Origin: Octopus sinensis
Lineage: Eukaryota
Direction: 5' to 3'
Length of the DNA: 64,000 bases
Assembly: GCF_006345805.1 (NCBI RefSeq)
Contig: NC_043009.1
Span: 39,680,001 to 39,744,000, forward strand
Part shown: piece after piece, positions 13,436 through 26,777 of the stretch
Numbering within the stretch: the first letter of the stretch is position 1
Layout of the letters: each line of letters starts with the position of its first letter
Notes under the pieces: model-generated
The model's input: the letters and a program-made list of their open reading frames with translations, nothing else
Database searches by the model: none
Told to the model about the DNA's origin: nothing
Made by a program: the position numbers and the translations under genes

Positions 13436-14358
13436 ATTAAAACGGTACTGTCCTGGCTAAATCATTAGCACATCAAACGAAATAATTAGTGGCTATACTT
13501 CCGGTTTTTTTTTATGCTCTGAGCTTGGATTTCAATGCGATCAAATTTGCCTTTCATTCTTTCGGCGTCGATAAAATGTTAAGCACCAGTCTAGTCCTGT
13601 GTTCTACATAGCGACTAACCCACTCCCTCAAAAAAAAAAAAATGATCTTTGGCTTTGTCCCAAATTTTGAAAGAATTACTATGGTCGTTATTATCATTTC
13701 TTTGCAAACCTGTATTTCTTCGCACGTATGTGGAGAGAAGTATCACTTTTGGAAGATGTTTTTGTTCGCCTTCATCAAATATTAAAACCGCTAATAGAAC
13801 AGATGATGTCCTTTGCTTTCTAGATTCACTGAAAATTACTCGACTATTTTTAGCCGTAGTTGAAGGTGTCAGAATAAATCGCAGGACGGTTTGACCTATT
13901 GATGTTACAGCGAAACAACAGCCTTTAGGGATAATTTCGGTTTTGCCAATTACACATTTTATGTACACAATTTAGTTGTTCACATAAGAGAATCGATAAT
14001 ATATCACTGCACAGCAATCAGAGATTTTGAAGAGACTAAAGAAAATGAACAAACTGTCTGGTATTACTTTATTACAGCCACGGTATCCAATTTCATTTTC
14101 CACTTGTTTTAACTAACAAATCAAATGACTATATATATATATGTAAAGAAAACGGACGTTAATATATAGTATTTGTCTAATAAAATGATGTGGCTATATT
14201 AAGTTACTTTATTAAAAGATTTCTGATGTTCGATGTATTTACTAATTCTAAGGAAAGTTCAGTTACATTGTATTTCATTACGTTTAAGCCACTTAAGCTC
14301 CACGGAAGATTCCTTCTGTCCCATATATAATACCATTAAGGTATGTATGTATATGTAT

Positions 14359-14470
14359 GTCATTATTCAGTTTATTTCAAGATTTCTTGCCAATAGAGAT
14401 ATGACTGGTTTCTAACCTAGATTCAGGGTTCCTTGATTGGAATTTCAACATCAGCAACGGGATAGTGTTG
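14359..14470 (-). mobile_element. 112-bp mini-element embedded in (TATG)n
   Basis: About 88% identical (by eye) to 41029-41140 with the same ends; microsatellite on both sides. Confidence 0.7.
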
Positions 14471-14516
14471 TATGTATGTATGTATGTATGTATGTATGTA
14501 TGTATGTATGTATTAA

Positions 14517-14747
14517 GGCGGCGAGCTGGCAGAATCGTTAGCACGCCGGGCGAAATGCGTAGCGGTGTTTCGTCTGCCGTTACGTTCTGAGTTCAAATTC
14601 CGCCGAGGTCGACTTTGCCTTTCATCCTTTCGGAGTCGATAAATTAAGTACCAGTTATGCACTGGAGTCGATATAATCGACTTAATCCGTTTGTCTGTCC
14701 TTGTTTGTCTCCTCTGTGTTTAGCCCCTTGTGGGTAGTAAAGAAATA
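14517..14747 (+). mobile_element. Family A SINE, full length, tail A
   Basis: GGCGGCGAGCTGGCAGAATCGTTAGC...GTTCTGAGTTCAAATTCC...CCCCTTGTGGGTAGTAAAGAAATA. Confidence 0.92.
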
Positions 14748-15194
14748 TGTATGCATGTATGCATGTATGTATGTATGTAGTATGTATGTATGTATGTATG
14801 TATGCATGCATGCATGCATGTATGTATGTATGTATGTATGTACGTAGCATGTGTGTACGTATGCATGTATGTACGTAGCATGTGTGTACGTATGCATGTA
14901 TGTATGTATGCATGTATGTATGGGCAAATTTGTACGCTTTATGTATGTATTGTCACGCATATAGTTACATATCTAGACATACTGCAAAATTTTACAAATT
15001 GCTACTGCTCCAGTGATGGATTGGATGTGTAGTCTTCGAATTAGCGTTCACCTTTCTGCTTTTGAAAAGCCTAATTTCTCAAGATTGGTATTTAGGCAGT
15101 ATGTTACATATCCCAGGGCTCCAATAATTACTGGTATAAACCTGAACTTGTAATCTCGATAGAGTAACTGCAGATTTGTCAATAGCTCAGCATA

Positions 15195-15483
15195 GGTGGT
15201 CTCTTTTTTCACTGATCTTCAGTTTTATGTTAACATCCGCTGGGCAGCTTAGTATGTATATATGTATCTTTTATCTTATACTTGTTTCTGACATATTGAA
15301 TACAGTCATGCTGGAGCACTACATTGAAGCGGTTTCGTCGAACAAAATTACCCCAGGACTTACCTTCTTCAAGCTTAGTACTTATTCTACCGGTCTCTTT
15401 TGCCGAATCGCTAGACACGTGGTCGCAAACACACCGACAATGGTTGTCAAGCGGTGGTGAGAGACAAACAAATACACACACAC

Positions 15484-15537
<54 letters not shown>

Positions 15538-15690
15538 TATACGACGAGCTTCTTTCAGTTTCCGTCTACCAAATCAGCTCACAAGGAAATGGTCGGCCCG
15601 AGGGCATAGTAGAAGAAGCTTGCCAGAAGTGTCACGCTGTGAGATTGAACCCGGAAACATGTGATTGGGAAGCAAGCTTCTTACCGCACA
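15195..15690 (-). mobile_element. Family C SINE
   Basis: Reverse complement of the 11826 copy with an internal (CA)n tract. Confidence 0.8.
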
Positions 15691-15968
15691 CACAATGAAA
15701 GTTTCGTGTAGTTGTAGTGTTTTGGTCTATATATCTATACATATATAATGCAGTGGTGAATTGATGTTTTTGTTCAGTAGCATACGTGAATAATGTTCAA
15801 CGTATATTTACTAATTCCAGTTGTTTGTATTTAATTACAGTCAAAGCATTTAAGGATTCTTATGTGGTTTATAATACATAATTTAGCCCGCGCGTGTGTG
15901 TAAGTGTATATGTGTGAATGTGTGAGTGTGTGTGTGTGGATGTGCGTGCGTGTGTGTGTGTGTGTGTG

Positions 15969-15999
<31 letters not shown>

Positions 16000-16149
16000 T
16001 GTGTGTGTGTGTAATGGTTGATCGTCGAATCTGAGAAAGACAGCAGTGCAATTTCTAGCTGAAAAACCTGCGGAGATGATTCCTGTATCGCGATCAAATA
16101 TATGTGCTGCGCATAAGCACACACCTCCCATCAAATCGAAATTGTATGT

Positions 16150-16308
16150 GCAGGTTCAGGGTATGCCATGCATCAGGCGTCGTCGCAGTGATTACAGCGC
16201 CACATGAGATGAAGTGTTTTACTCAAGGTATACAACGCAGCACCAGTACCGGGAATCGAACTCTCTATCGTGCAATCGTAATTGCAACACCCTAACCACT
16301 AGGCCACT

Positions 16309-16310
<2 letters not shown>
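16150..16310 (-). mobile_element. tRNA-headed SINE 5' fragment
   Basis: Reverse complement has AGTGGCCTAGTGGTTAGGG (A box) and GAGTTCGATTCCC (B box). Confidence 0.65.
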
Positions 16311-16346
<36 letters not shown>

Positions 16347-16720
16347 CACACATGCACATCGAGAAACATACACTTCAAGCATGGGGACATGGCGGTTAGT
16401 CGATATCACTAACCCCAGTACTTGACTGATATTTTTATTTCTCCGAATATGGAAGAATAAAAAGCATAGCTTTCCTTGGCTGGATTCGAACTCAGGGCTC
16501 AAAAGTTTGGAAGAAATACTTTACAGCATTCACATTCTATCCATTGTCCTAACGAGTCTACCAAATACCACTAACATTATTTATTTATCTATCTATCTAT
16601 TTATCTATCTATATATCCATTTATCTAACTATCTATCTATCTACACATACATACATATACATATACACACCTAGATATACGTATCTCTCTCTCTCTCACA
16701 CACATACACACACACACTCC

Positions 16721-16796
<76 letters not shown>

Positions 16797-18179
16797 TATA
16801 CATACATATATATACGTGGGTATGTATATTTATATATATATATATATAACGATTGATTCGTTTGGAGTGTTTATTTTATATATTTCCACATTGCAATGGT
16901 AATGTAGTGTTTTTTGTTCAGCAGCATAGATGAATGAATACTCAGCTGGCGTTCAACCAAAAAGAGCTACCGTTCCAATTAGGTTAAAATATGATTGGCT
17001 GAGAGTTTGGTTACGAATTCAACATTGGAACAACGATGCATGTTGAATGGTGAAAAAGTGTTCTGTAGTGAACCACTGATTGGCTAGTTGGACCTCTCTT
17101 TTGAACTAAAACGTCTAACGAGATTGTTGTTCACGAATGCATAGACTGAAAAAAATATTTTAATAAGACAAAAAAAAATAGAAAGAAAAAGATTAGCGCA
17201 GAATCTCTATGATGTTACTACTAATAAAAAAAAATTAGTAGTTGAGAAATTGTCGATTTATCATCGTGAAATCTAAGTAATGAAAATTTCATTTATAAAC
17301 GCGTGACATTATGGGTAGAATAACATTCACTGGAATCAGTCAGAGACATAAAATGTATTTTAAAAATATAATTTAAAAATGCCTTTGATGATATTTAAGT
17401 TTTTAATTATTTAGTTTATAAAACGTTGCACACCAATTTATAATGCTCATTCGATCTCCAACGAACAGTATACACTTAATGACCTTCTATTATATTTAAT
17501 CATTGACCAGAAAATATAAATGATTACTAGCGCATTAAATTATAATTCTTTTTAGTTTTTTATTTTTTAAATTTTTTTAGAATTCCGGTCACATTATTTT
17601 TTTCTAATTGGAGAGAAGTTGCTTCGTAATAGAAAGGGGTGATTCCTATGTATGCATGTGTCTGTAAAATGATTTTCAAATCACTGACACGAGGTAACAC
17701 CGATTCATGGCGCTGGTATTGTAATCGACATTTTACTGTTTATTTATGAGAGTAGTAACACAGTAAAGGGAGACGCATGTCAGTTTAACTAAATATTTGC
17801 ATGGTGTTAAAGTTTATAAACAATTAAACTGTAATTCGGAATCTGAACGCTAGCAGACCGTCATTTCCTCACTTCAAATGAATAGATATCTAAATCACTA
17901 TGCTATTAATGTACTGCATTTAGATTATTAATCATTTATTATGCTTGAGACAATTGATATCAGGAACAGGCTTCTTGAACTTCTCATACAGTGTAAGTCA
18001 AACTGGCCTACAAACCAAAATGCCATTCGTAAGTTCAGACATTCTTCAGAAAAGTCGCAGACATATTTATTTAAAACAGTTCAACTATTTGGAAGAATAC
18101 AGTTTCTTAACAAAAACAGGAGTAAAGTATTACCAACAATCTATCTTTTTTTTTGTGGGGGTGCTTGAAATCTAGGATT

Positions 18180-18460
18180 CATAAGGCCCGTTATCCCTTT
18201 TCCATGGCGTTCTAGGGACGGAGATCACAATATCCCCCTGAAAGACATACCGGCTCAAAACTATTTTCAGGTATACCAGTCTTTGAGGGGAGAAGACAGG
18301 ACGAAATCACCGGCCCTAGAATATGACTGGTACTTTATTTCATTGATCCAAATGTAGGGAAAAGCAAGGCTGACCTCGTGGGGATTCGAACCGAGATCTT
18401 TAAGAACCCGAAGAAATACTGCTAAGTAGTTTGTCCGATTCTGCCTGCTCATCGCTCTCG
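18180..18460 (-). mobile_element. Decayed SINE with a family A-like head
   Basis: GGGATTCGAACC and GCTGACCTCG motifs; the left part weakly resembles the tail of the 24537 element. Confidence 0.5.
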
Positions 18461-19408
18461 ATACTCAACAGGTTTGTTTATATCAGTGTTTGATAGGTTT
18501 AGTGCAAATATCAAGAAAGTGGGTCCTTGTATATGTACTACATGTATGTTACTTATTCTATCTAACCAAACTATGTGCCAAAGACAATTCGTAAAATCTT
18601 GTCATTCTTTGAAAAGAAAAGAAAAGAAAAGAAAAAAGGACTGTCCAAATCTACCGAAATAAAAGACATTTAAATACAGAGAATATTTTACTTTGAGCAG
18701 AATTTTAATTTCTAAGTCTAATAATGTTATCGCTTCAACAATGTGTTCGGTGCAAGATTGTGTCGTTGTTTGATCAATGTTTCAAAACAAAGTATGTAGG
18801 AATAGTATAATAATCTTCAAAACTGATACAATTTATATAAAGAAGCAACACGTTAAACAATACCGAATGAAATTGAATAATCTTATCTCAATTATTCAAT
18901 TATTAAAAAAAAAAAAAATTTTAATCCTCAATATAAATTGAGAAATTCTCCAAATCAATAAGTGTACATAGGAATATGAAATATTTGGAACTCTTCAATT
19001 TCAGTTTACTGATATTCATTGTACCCAAACATTTGCAGTTATTCACTTTATTTTACTTCTGTTAAATTTTTTTTCTTACTTTCTCCCTCGTTTTAATTGT
19101 ATTTTGCTAGCCTGCGTATCTTACCTGCTTTCAGAATATGTGGGCGTATAATTATGCATATATATGTACATACACATGTGGGTGTGTGTGTGTGTCTGTG
19201 GCAGAGTATGTGTGTTTGTGTAGGGGCCATGTGTGTGCATACATATATATAAATATATATGCACATACATATATACATATATATATATAAATATATACTC
19301 TGAGAAAGACAAAGATATACATCTATATAAATATTGACATACAAATTCAAACACGTATCTGTATGCAAATTCACATAAATTTGTAAAACATACGTGTATA
19401 TATATATA

Positions 19409-19453
<45 letters not shown>

Positions 19454-19462
19454 ATATATATG

Positions 19463-19538
<76 letters not shown>

Positions 19539-20914
19539 TACGCACACATAACAGTTATGTTTTTACACACATGTGGTTTCTAAAGCTCTTATGCATGCAT
19601 TAATGAATATTTCGATATCAATAATTGTTTGCTTACGTCGAAGTTGCTTAATCAAGTAGCTTTTCAACATACTCCTCTACCCAATGTATCTTTCTTCAAA
19701 CATACTTCAAGACACACTTCTCATGCTTTTCTTTATTGCAATTTTAAAAACTGAAGAAAACAGAAATATTTCAATCTTGAATTTCAAACTTAGTTTTTCT
19801 ACTCTAAACTCGAATGCATTGCTTTCTCATGCATACTCAAGTAATAACTATGAAACTATGAATTCGTGAACGTTTTCACCACACACGCACATTGCCGCAT
19901 GCGTGCATATCTCTTTTTGCGTATAAATAAATATTTAAATATGTATAAACATTCTCTCTCTCCCCTTATACATACATATGTATATATATATATATAGACA
20001 GAGAGAGAGAGACAGAGAGAGACAGAGAGAGAGAGGTGGGGGAGAGAGAAACGGTCATTATAAATGGGAGAAAGTAATAAATACATAAAAGAGAAAGCCT
20101 GTATTTTATTAAACCATCTTGAATTATAACGCGTAGTTTCATATTACCGATTACAGAAATGATTGAAGATAAGAAAGATGCATAGTACATATATATAAGC
20201 AACAATACTCGCAAACAGAGGAAAATATTATTGAGCTACCATGCATTGACATTTTATTGGTCACTAATAACAACTAAGTTATTAACATTAGTAAGAGCAT
20301 ATCCAGCTCATCCATCAACTAAGAAATCGTGTAATATTTCTGCATACGACCCCATGTCTCCATTAAAGACAGTGACTTCAAAGATACAATATATAATATA
20401 CAGATTGATATGAATATTCATAAAGGTAAAAATTGAAAGCGAAATATTTAATTACATAAGCTTCTCTATAATATAAATCTTCGCTCAAATGCTTCGGAGT
20501 TAGCCATGTCTCATAAATAAGTATTTCTTCGTAGTATTACACATTATGAGAGAAGTATTAAAAATAACGGGAAGATGAGTAGATATTGTCTCAAATTATT
20601 TGCTGCTTCTGCAGCCTGCATAGAGAGACGAGTCCGGTTTGCAGCAGAAGCACATAAAGCTCTTTTCTTCTATGTAATTATAATAAACCTAATTTTTATC
20701 CTAAGATCTATGAGTATTTCTACGGGATTAGTTAATCATTTAAAGGTTGCATTTGCGGATAGAGTGAAACAAACATCTAGTTATGCAGTAGTTGCTGGAT
20801 TGCCTTTCAAATATGCTCGTAGCATACACAAGCATTCAGTCACTCAGAAGGTAGCTTTACCATTTCACTCTCCAAAAATATCTGTATTGCAAAGTATGAT
20901 AATATTGATTTCAA

Positions 20915-21335
20915 ATGTTCGTACAAAGCCAGCTAGTTGATTACATCAACCCCACTGTTGAACTGGTACTTATTTCATCGACCCCGAAAGGATGAAAGCC
21001 GAAATGGGCCTTGGCGGTATTTGAACTCAGGACGTGGAGACGGGTGAAATGCCGCTTAGCATTTACCCGTCATGCTAGCCATTCTGCAAGCTGGCCGCCT
21101 TTAAAAGTATGATAATACTGGGTTCAAATTTTGGTACGAGGCCAGCAATTTCGTTGGACAGGATACGCCAATTACATCGACACCAGTGCTCAGCTGGTAC
21201 ATATTAATTTCAAATTCCGAAATGACAAACGGTAAAGTCAACCTCGGCGGAATTTGGACTCAGAATGTAAAAACGGACCAAAGGCCCTAAGCAATATTCC
21301 TCGTCGTACTAACGATTCTGCCAGCTCACCACACT
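20915..21335 (-). mobile_element. Two adjacent family A SINE copies (tail B)
   Basis: ATCGACCCCGAAAGGATGAAAG and AACCTCGGCGGAATTTGGACTCAGAA; heads at about 21100 and 21330. Confidence 0.8.
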
Positions 21336-22810
21336 TATAAGTATAACATTTATAAAACGGATTGCTCCAATGTTGATCAAACTCTCATAATAATAATAAT
21401 GGTTCCGGGAAGAATACTGTCAATACATCGGAGATGTATAAAATTCTCTCAAAGTGTTTTGAAATTTTGAAGAAATGATCGCTATTAATGCACTACACTC
21501 TAAAATAAATTATTATTTACATAATGGATTTGGTGTACCCGGCAAATGTTTATAAAAATAAAACATTCGTTTATGCAGAAATACCAAAAGTTCATTAACA
21601 ATGGTCGTGAATTGATAAAAATAACACGTTCGGCGCATAACAATTAAAGAGATAAATGTGACACATTTTCAACCAGTTTCGCAACTGATCAAATTCTTTT
21701 AGGCTGTTGACTAATATTTCGATATTTTCGAGTATATATATGTCACGCAGATTTCTGGCTTTAACAGTTTTATTAATTGGTACAGTGAAACTAAGGCTTG
21801 CAAATCAATGATTTTCAGTTTCTAATGTAAAATACATAATCAGCTTTATGGTATTGAGTCTTTTTACCAGTGTCGAGCCCAGTCTATACTGGTATTACAA
21901 AAGCTGAAAAAGCAATTTTGGACTCTTTTTGAAAACAATTTCGTGGTTTCATGCAATAAATCTAATTTACAGAAAAAGAAAAAATATATAATCAGAGCGT
22001 TAATTGGAAGACTAATTCTTTTGATAAATATATTCGGCTCATGTCGTTTTTCTCGAAGATCTAAAAAGAAATTTATAAACTCCAAACGCATTAATTTTTC
22101 CCCAGACTAAACCAAAAAATACGAAAATTTAAAAACTGCACATATCATAGACAACAATTAAAACAGTATCTATGACACTCATAAAGAAAGCTAATTCTAG
22201 GTCTTGCCATAATATTAATCAAGACAAAACTGAAACAAATACCAGTTTAAATTTCGAAAATAAAGGAAGATGCTTTTTTGTGCTATGCTAACCATAAATT
22301 ACTTTAAAACATGATGGAGATAATTTTCCTTGCCAACTCGAAATGTGTGTTAATAAATGCAGTAAAGATAATGCAGCAGGTAGAGGAATTAAAAGTAATA
22401 TAGCCAAACGTCACGTTTCTTCAGTTATCAAATAATAGTTTATCAGTTATAAAGTGGTTCATTAATGTAGACAATTAGCTATTGTGAATTTATATAGTTT
22501 GAGATTATAATCTTACATCTATTATCAGGTAGTTCACTAACAAATAATAAGCACTATTGTAAATTTACGAAGTTTGATATAATTAAGTTCTACCTACTAA
22601 TAAGTAAATTGTATCTTCAAAGAGAAACAATTCAGGGGATTCAGTAATTAATATTATGTAAATATATTGTTTTTGGATTTTAAAAGTTAATTCTTTATTG
22701 TTGAGGCGGACAGCAACTGTTTGATGAGATCCTACGGAGATCTTACTGAGGGGCATCTGTTTCTAAATTAATAGGTATGCATATCATTGATTTACTTCTA
22801 AAGAAATACC

Positions 22811-23043
22811 TATTTCTTTACTACCCACAAGGGGCTAAACACAGAGAGGACAAACAAGGGCAGACAGAAGGATTAAATCGATTATATCGACCCCAGTGCG
22901 TAACTGGTACTTATTTAATCGACCCCGAAAGGATGAAAGGCAAAGTCGACCTCGGCGGAATTTGAACTCAGAACGTAACGGCAGACGAAATACGGCTATG
23001 CATTTCGCCCGGCGTGCTAACTTTTCTGTCTGCTCGCCGCCTT
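22811..23043 (-). mobile_element. Family A SINE, full length, 9-bp TSD
   Basis: AGAAATACC at 22802-22810 and 23044-23052. Confidence 0.92.
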
Positions 23044-24086
23044 AGAAATACCGCTATTTAGAATTCGGTATTTATAGCGATGATGGACTACTCATTTGAT
23101 GAATGAATTTTGAACGGCTATGAATAGGATGCTGTTATGAAGTGTTTCATCAGGCTATTCATCAAAATAGATTTAAAAAGTTCAGTAGATGGAAACTGAA
23201 ATATCGTTATTTCAGTAGCTCTGAATGTCACTGGTATTCATAGACGGAAAAATAGCAAATGAAACTGAATTTTACTTGTTTGTCAAGCAATTTAGTCAGA
23301 GATCGTATGTTGAAACTAAACCACTTACATCTCTCCCTCATCCAATCTGACGCACAATCTCCCTTTCATTCCTATTCTCTTACTTTCCCCAACTCTTTAT
23401 CTGGCCAGAAAAAGAAGATCGACCTGACAAGTTTCAGCTTTCTATCACTTCAAAAGAAATCAGTTCCTACAGAGATTTGTAGCTTATATTTATTTATAAT
23501 ATACGCAAACTGGCTTAGAATTCATTAGTTTTGCCTGAATTTACATAAGATTGAGTCGTTAGTAACGTGAAATACTGAATTATGAAAAATGCAGCTCTGT
23601 GTTGGATGAATAAAATTATGCAAATTAAAGTATAAGATATATCGATGTGATTGCAAATGCTAGTGCTTACATTTAGTCACGGAGTTTCCTCACTTCGGTG
23701 CAGAATATTTACTTCGTACTGTGATGCTCAAAACGAGGTTTCAAGATTTCTAATATGTAAAATATATTAATTTAACATACGTATATTTTTTATACGTACA
23801 TACATACTTATATACATACATACATACAAACATACATACACATATATACATAGATGCATTTATACATGCATACTCACATACACACATACACACAAATACA
23901 TACATATAAATATATATAAATATATACATGCATACATAGTATATACATTATACGTATATATATATACATATATATATATATACATATATACATATTTATA
24001 TATGCATACATATATTTATAGGCATATATATATACATACATGCATATACATTACGCACACACTACAGAATGTAGTTTAGAGTCATA

Positions 24087-24395
24087 CCTAGGATGTGTGG
24101 ATGGATGCAGTGAGGAGAGCTTTGGTGTTGGAGTGAAAGCGGCAAGAGAGTTTATAAATGATAGAAAAGCCTGGAGAGTGTTTGTGGACGGATGAACGAA
24201 CTGATGTGCCTCAAAGGAGTACGGAACCAGCATGATGCAGCAGGGGTAAGCCAGCATATGCTGTCAGGCCCCGCAGCTGATATCGGGGATTCCTTTCTAT
24301 TCCTTGACCCGGGCATAGGATGGGGCTCGCTTTTTTGAGCTGGGAAATGAATGGAATGCCTGGTGTGTGTTTGTTGTGACTACCCCCTCCTAAAA
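24087..24395 (+). mobile_element. 5'-truncated RTE-clade LINE 3' end
   Basis: Frameshifted translation PRM.WMDAVRRAL..VGVKAAREFINDRKAWRVFVDG* (TGA 24193-24195) resembles the RTE C-terminal RPRKRWxDxV...DRxxWR motif; a 3' UTR follows. Confidence 0.7.
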
Positions 24396-24536
24396 TAATG
24401 GGGAATAGGACTGGATATATAAAAAAGAAAGCAAGCTCGAATAGAAATAAGTTGACCTCTCTTCATTCACATAACAGTTTGCTGTGTAGTAATTAATTAC
24501 TAGAAACCCGACACTGTGTTAGAAAGAGTTAAATAT

Positions 24537-24856
24537 TCGTCCTTCGTCGCCCTTTTCAAGCCTTGCCAGGCTCATGGTCCCGGTTTCCCGGTTTCCCGTG
24601 GCGCATGTGCCCCCCCCCCAGCTGGACGAGACGCCAGTCCATCGCAGCGTTACTCAAGAAACAGGAAGAAAGAGTGAGAGAAAGTTGTGGCGAGAGAGTA
24701 CAACAGGGGTCGCCACCATTCCCTGCCGGTTCCTCGTGGAGCTTTCAGGTTATTTTTTCGCTCAATAAACACACACAACGCCAGGTCTGGGAATCGAAAG
24801 CGCGATCCTCCGACCGCGAGTCCGCTGACCTAACCACTCGGCCATTGCGCCTCTAC
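24537..24856 (-). mobile_element. Family E tRNA-derived SINE with V-domain-like 3' module, 12-bp TSD
   Basis: Head AGAGGCGCAATGGCCGAGTGGTTAGG...TTTCGATTCCC; body TGCGATGGACTGGCGTCTCGTCCAG; TSD AGAGTTAAATAT at 24525-24536 and 24857-24868. Confidence 0.9.
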
Positions 24857-25953
24857 AGAGTTAAATATGGATAAATATAATTATATAAATCAGGATCGAG
24901 CCACTTTACGGTTAGGTAAAAGATTAATGAACCGGCATTATCCATTCTGCATTTGAGTTCTCTAGTTTTGTGGAATCTGCTATTCTGAACAATAGATTGT
25001 GTAAGAAAACATTAATACATCCCTCGAGCTTCTTATCAATGATCTTATCAAACAGCGTGAGTCCAAATTAAGACAAAAAAATCTTCTGTAGACTTGAATA
25101 TTCCCAGCAAAGCGAATAACATTTTAATATTTGTTTCCATTTATTCATTTACTTATTTATTTATATATTTTTATCTGTACTGCTGTTTTGTTAAAACTCA
25201 ACGGAGTAATTTTCGCCATCGTCATTTTATGACACTTGTGAAAATGAAAGTTCCAAATTGAATCGGCAATCCGACACCAAACTTCCCTGGAGTATATGTT
25301 TTCTTTCAGAACAACAAACTATCTACTCTAAAGCTGTCATTGTCCTTTGTTATTTCAGTGAAACCAGGACCAACCACTTTCCGCTACACTTTCTCCAAAA
25401 ATTACTTATCTTACCAAAACTACTCCGTCATCACCGTTTTGTTTATAGCGTCAAATTGTGAAAATCTATGCCCGTCTCATCATAGAACGGAGACAATTTC
25501 ATAAATGTCAGCACATTTCTGCTGTCAGTAAAGTAACCAGAGTAGATTACAAGTGAATAGAAAATATGTAGGCTGTTTTATTGTAATTAGAACTAGTAAT
25601 TTCCACGCGATGTAATCCGATTAGACCGCATGACGAATGTTATTGTCTCGTCGGAACGAAGCAGATAATCTGAAAATATCTTTGAATAGTGTCCATAATA
25701 AAACATTGAAATAACTGACCATTCGAGAAAGAGTAAATGGCATTATGTATATATTAATACGCATGAATGTATGTGTGTATGTATGTATGTATGTATGTAT
25801 GTATTATTTAGGTAGGTAGGTAGGTAGGTAGGGGCATATGTATGGACAGGTGTATTTCTTCGAGTGAATGTGTAATTATAAGCATTGCATAGGTGTGTGT
25901 CTGTTCATCCAGCCATCTATTTATATTTTATTTAGAAATATACCCATATTTAA

Positions 25954-26330
25954 GGCGGCGTGCTGGCAGAATCGTTAGCACGTTGGACAAAATGCTTAAC
26001 AGTATTTCGTCTGCCGTTACGTTCTGAGTTCCAATTCCGCCGAGATCGACTTTGCCTTTCATACTTTCCGGGTCGATTAAATAAGTACCAGTTATGCACT
26101 GGGGTCGATATAATCGACTTAATCCCTTTGTCTGTCCTTGTTTGTCCTCTCTGTCTTTAGCCCCCTGTGGGTAGTAAAGAAATAGGTATTTTGTCTGTCG
26201 CTACATCCTGAGTTCAACTTTGCCTTTTATCATTTCGGGGTCTATAAAATAAATACCAATTGTTCGATCGACTATAACCCTCCCCTAAATTTCAGACCTT
26301 TTGCCTATAGTAGAAATACTATTATTTGTA
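25954..26330 (+). mobile_element. Family A SINE tandem: tail-A unit followed by a tail-B unit
   Basis: Junction GTAAAGAAATA|GGTATTTT at 26185. Confidence 0.85.
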
Positions 26331-26686
26331 GGATTTATGTTAGTTTGGTTTGGTTAAAGAATGAAAATTTTGACTGAAACAATTTTGGAATTTTTAATAA
26401 TGCTTTTTTAATCTCCATTATGTGCAAACAAGTATCATTTGGAGTAAAATGAATTATCTCAGGGTAGACACTTTTTAATTTAACAGCACATTTAGCCAGC
26501 TACTGCAATTTTAACTTAATTTAACTCCTCAAGTTTTAGGTTTGGTGTAAGACATTTTCTCCTTAAAATCCACTTGTATGGAGAGTTTGATAATAACGTG
26601 CAGAAGAATCTTTAACGATTTTATTAATAATATTGGACAGTTTAAGGCATCCTATGCAGCCGATTAGAATATAACTGTTGGTCTCT

Positions 26687-26689
<3 letters not shown>

Positions 26690-26777
<88 letters not shown>

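Noticed and set aside
13649-13894. ORF with DDVLCFLDSLKI, superficially like an alpha/beta-hydrolase helix
   Set aside because: No nucleophile motif, no convincing splice sites.
19105-19120. Perfect minus-strand donor CAG|GTAAGA
   Set aside because: No acceptor or coding sequence upstream; it runs into microsatellite.
20575-20940. 121-aa ORF
   Set aside because: No recognisable motif; ends in a SINE tail.
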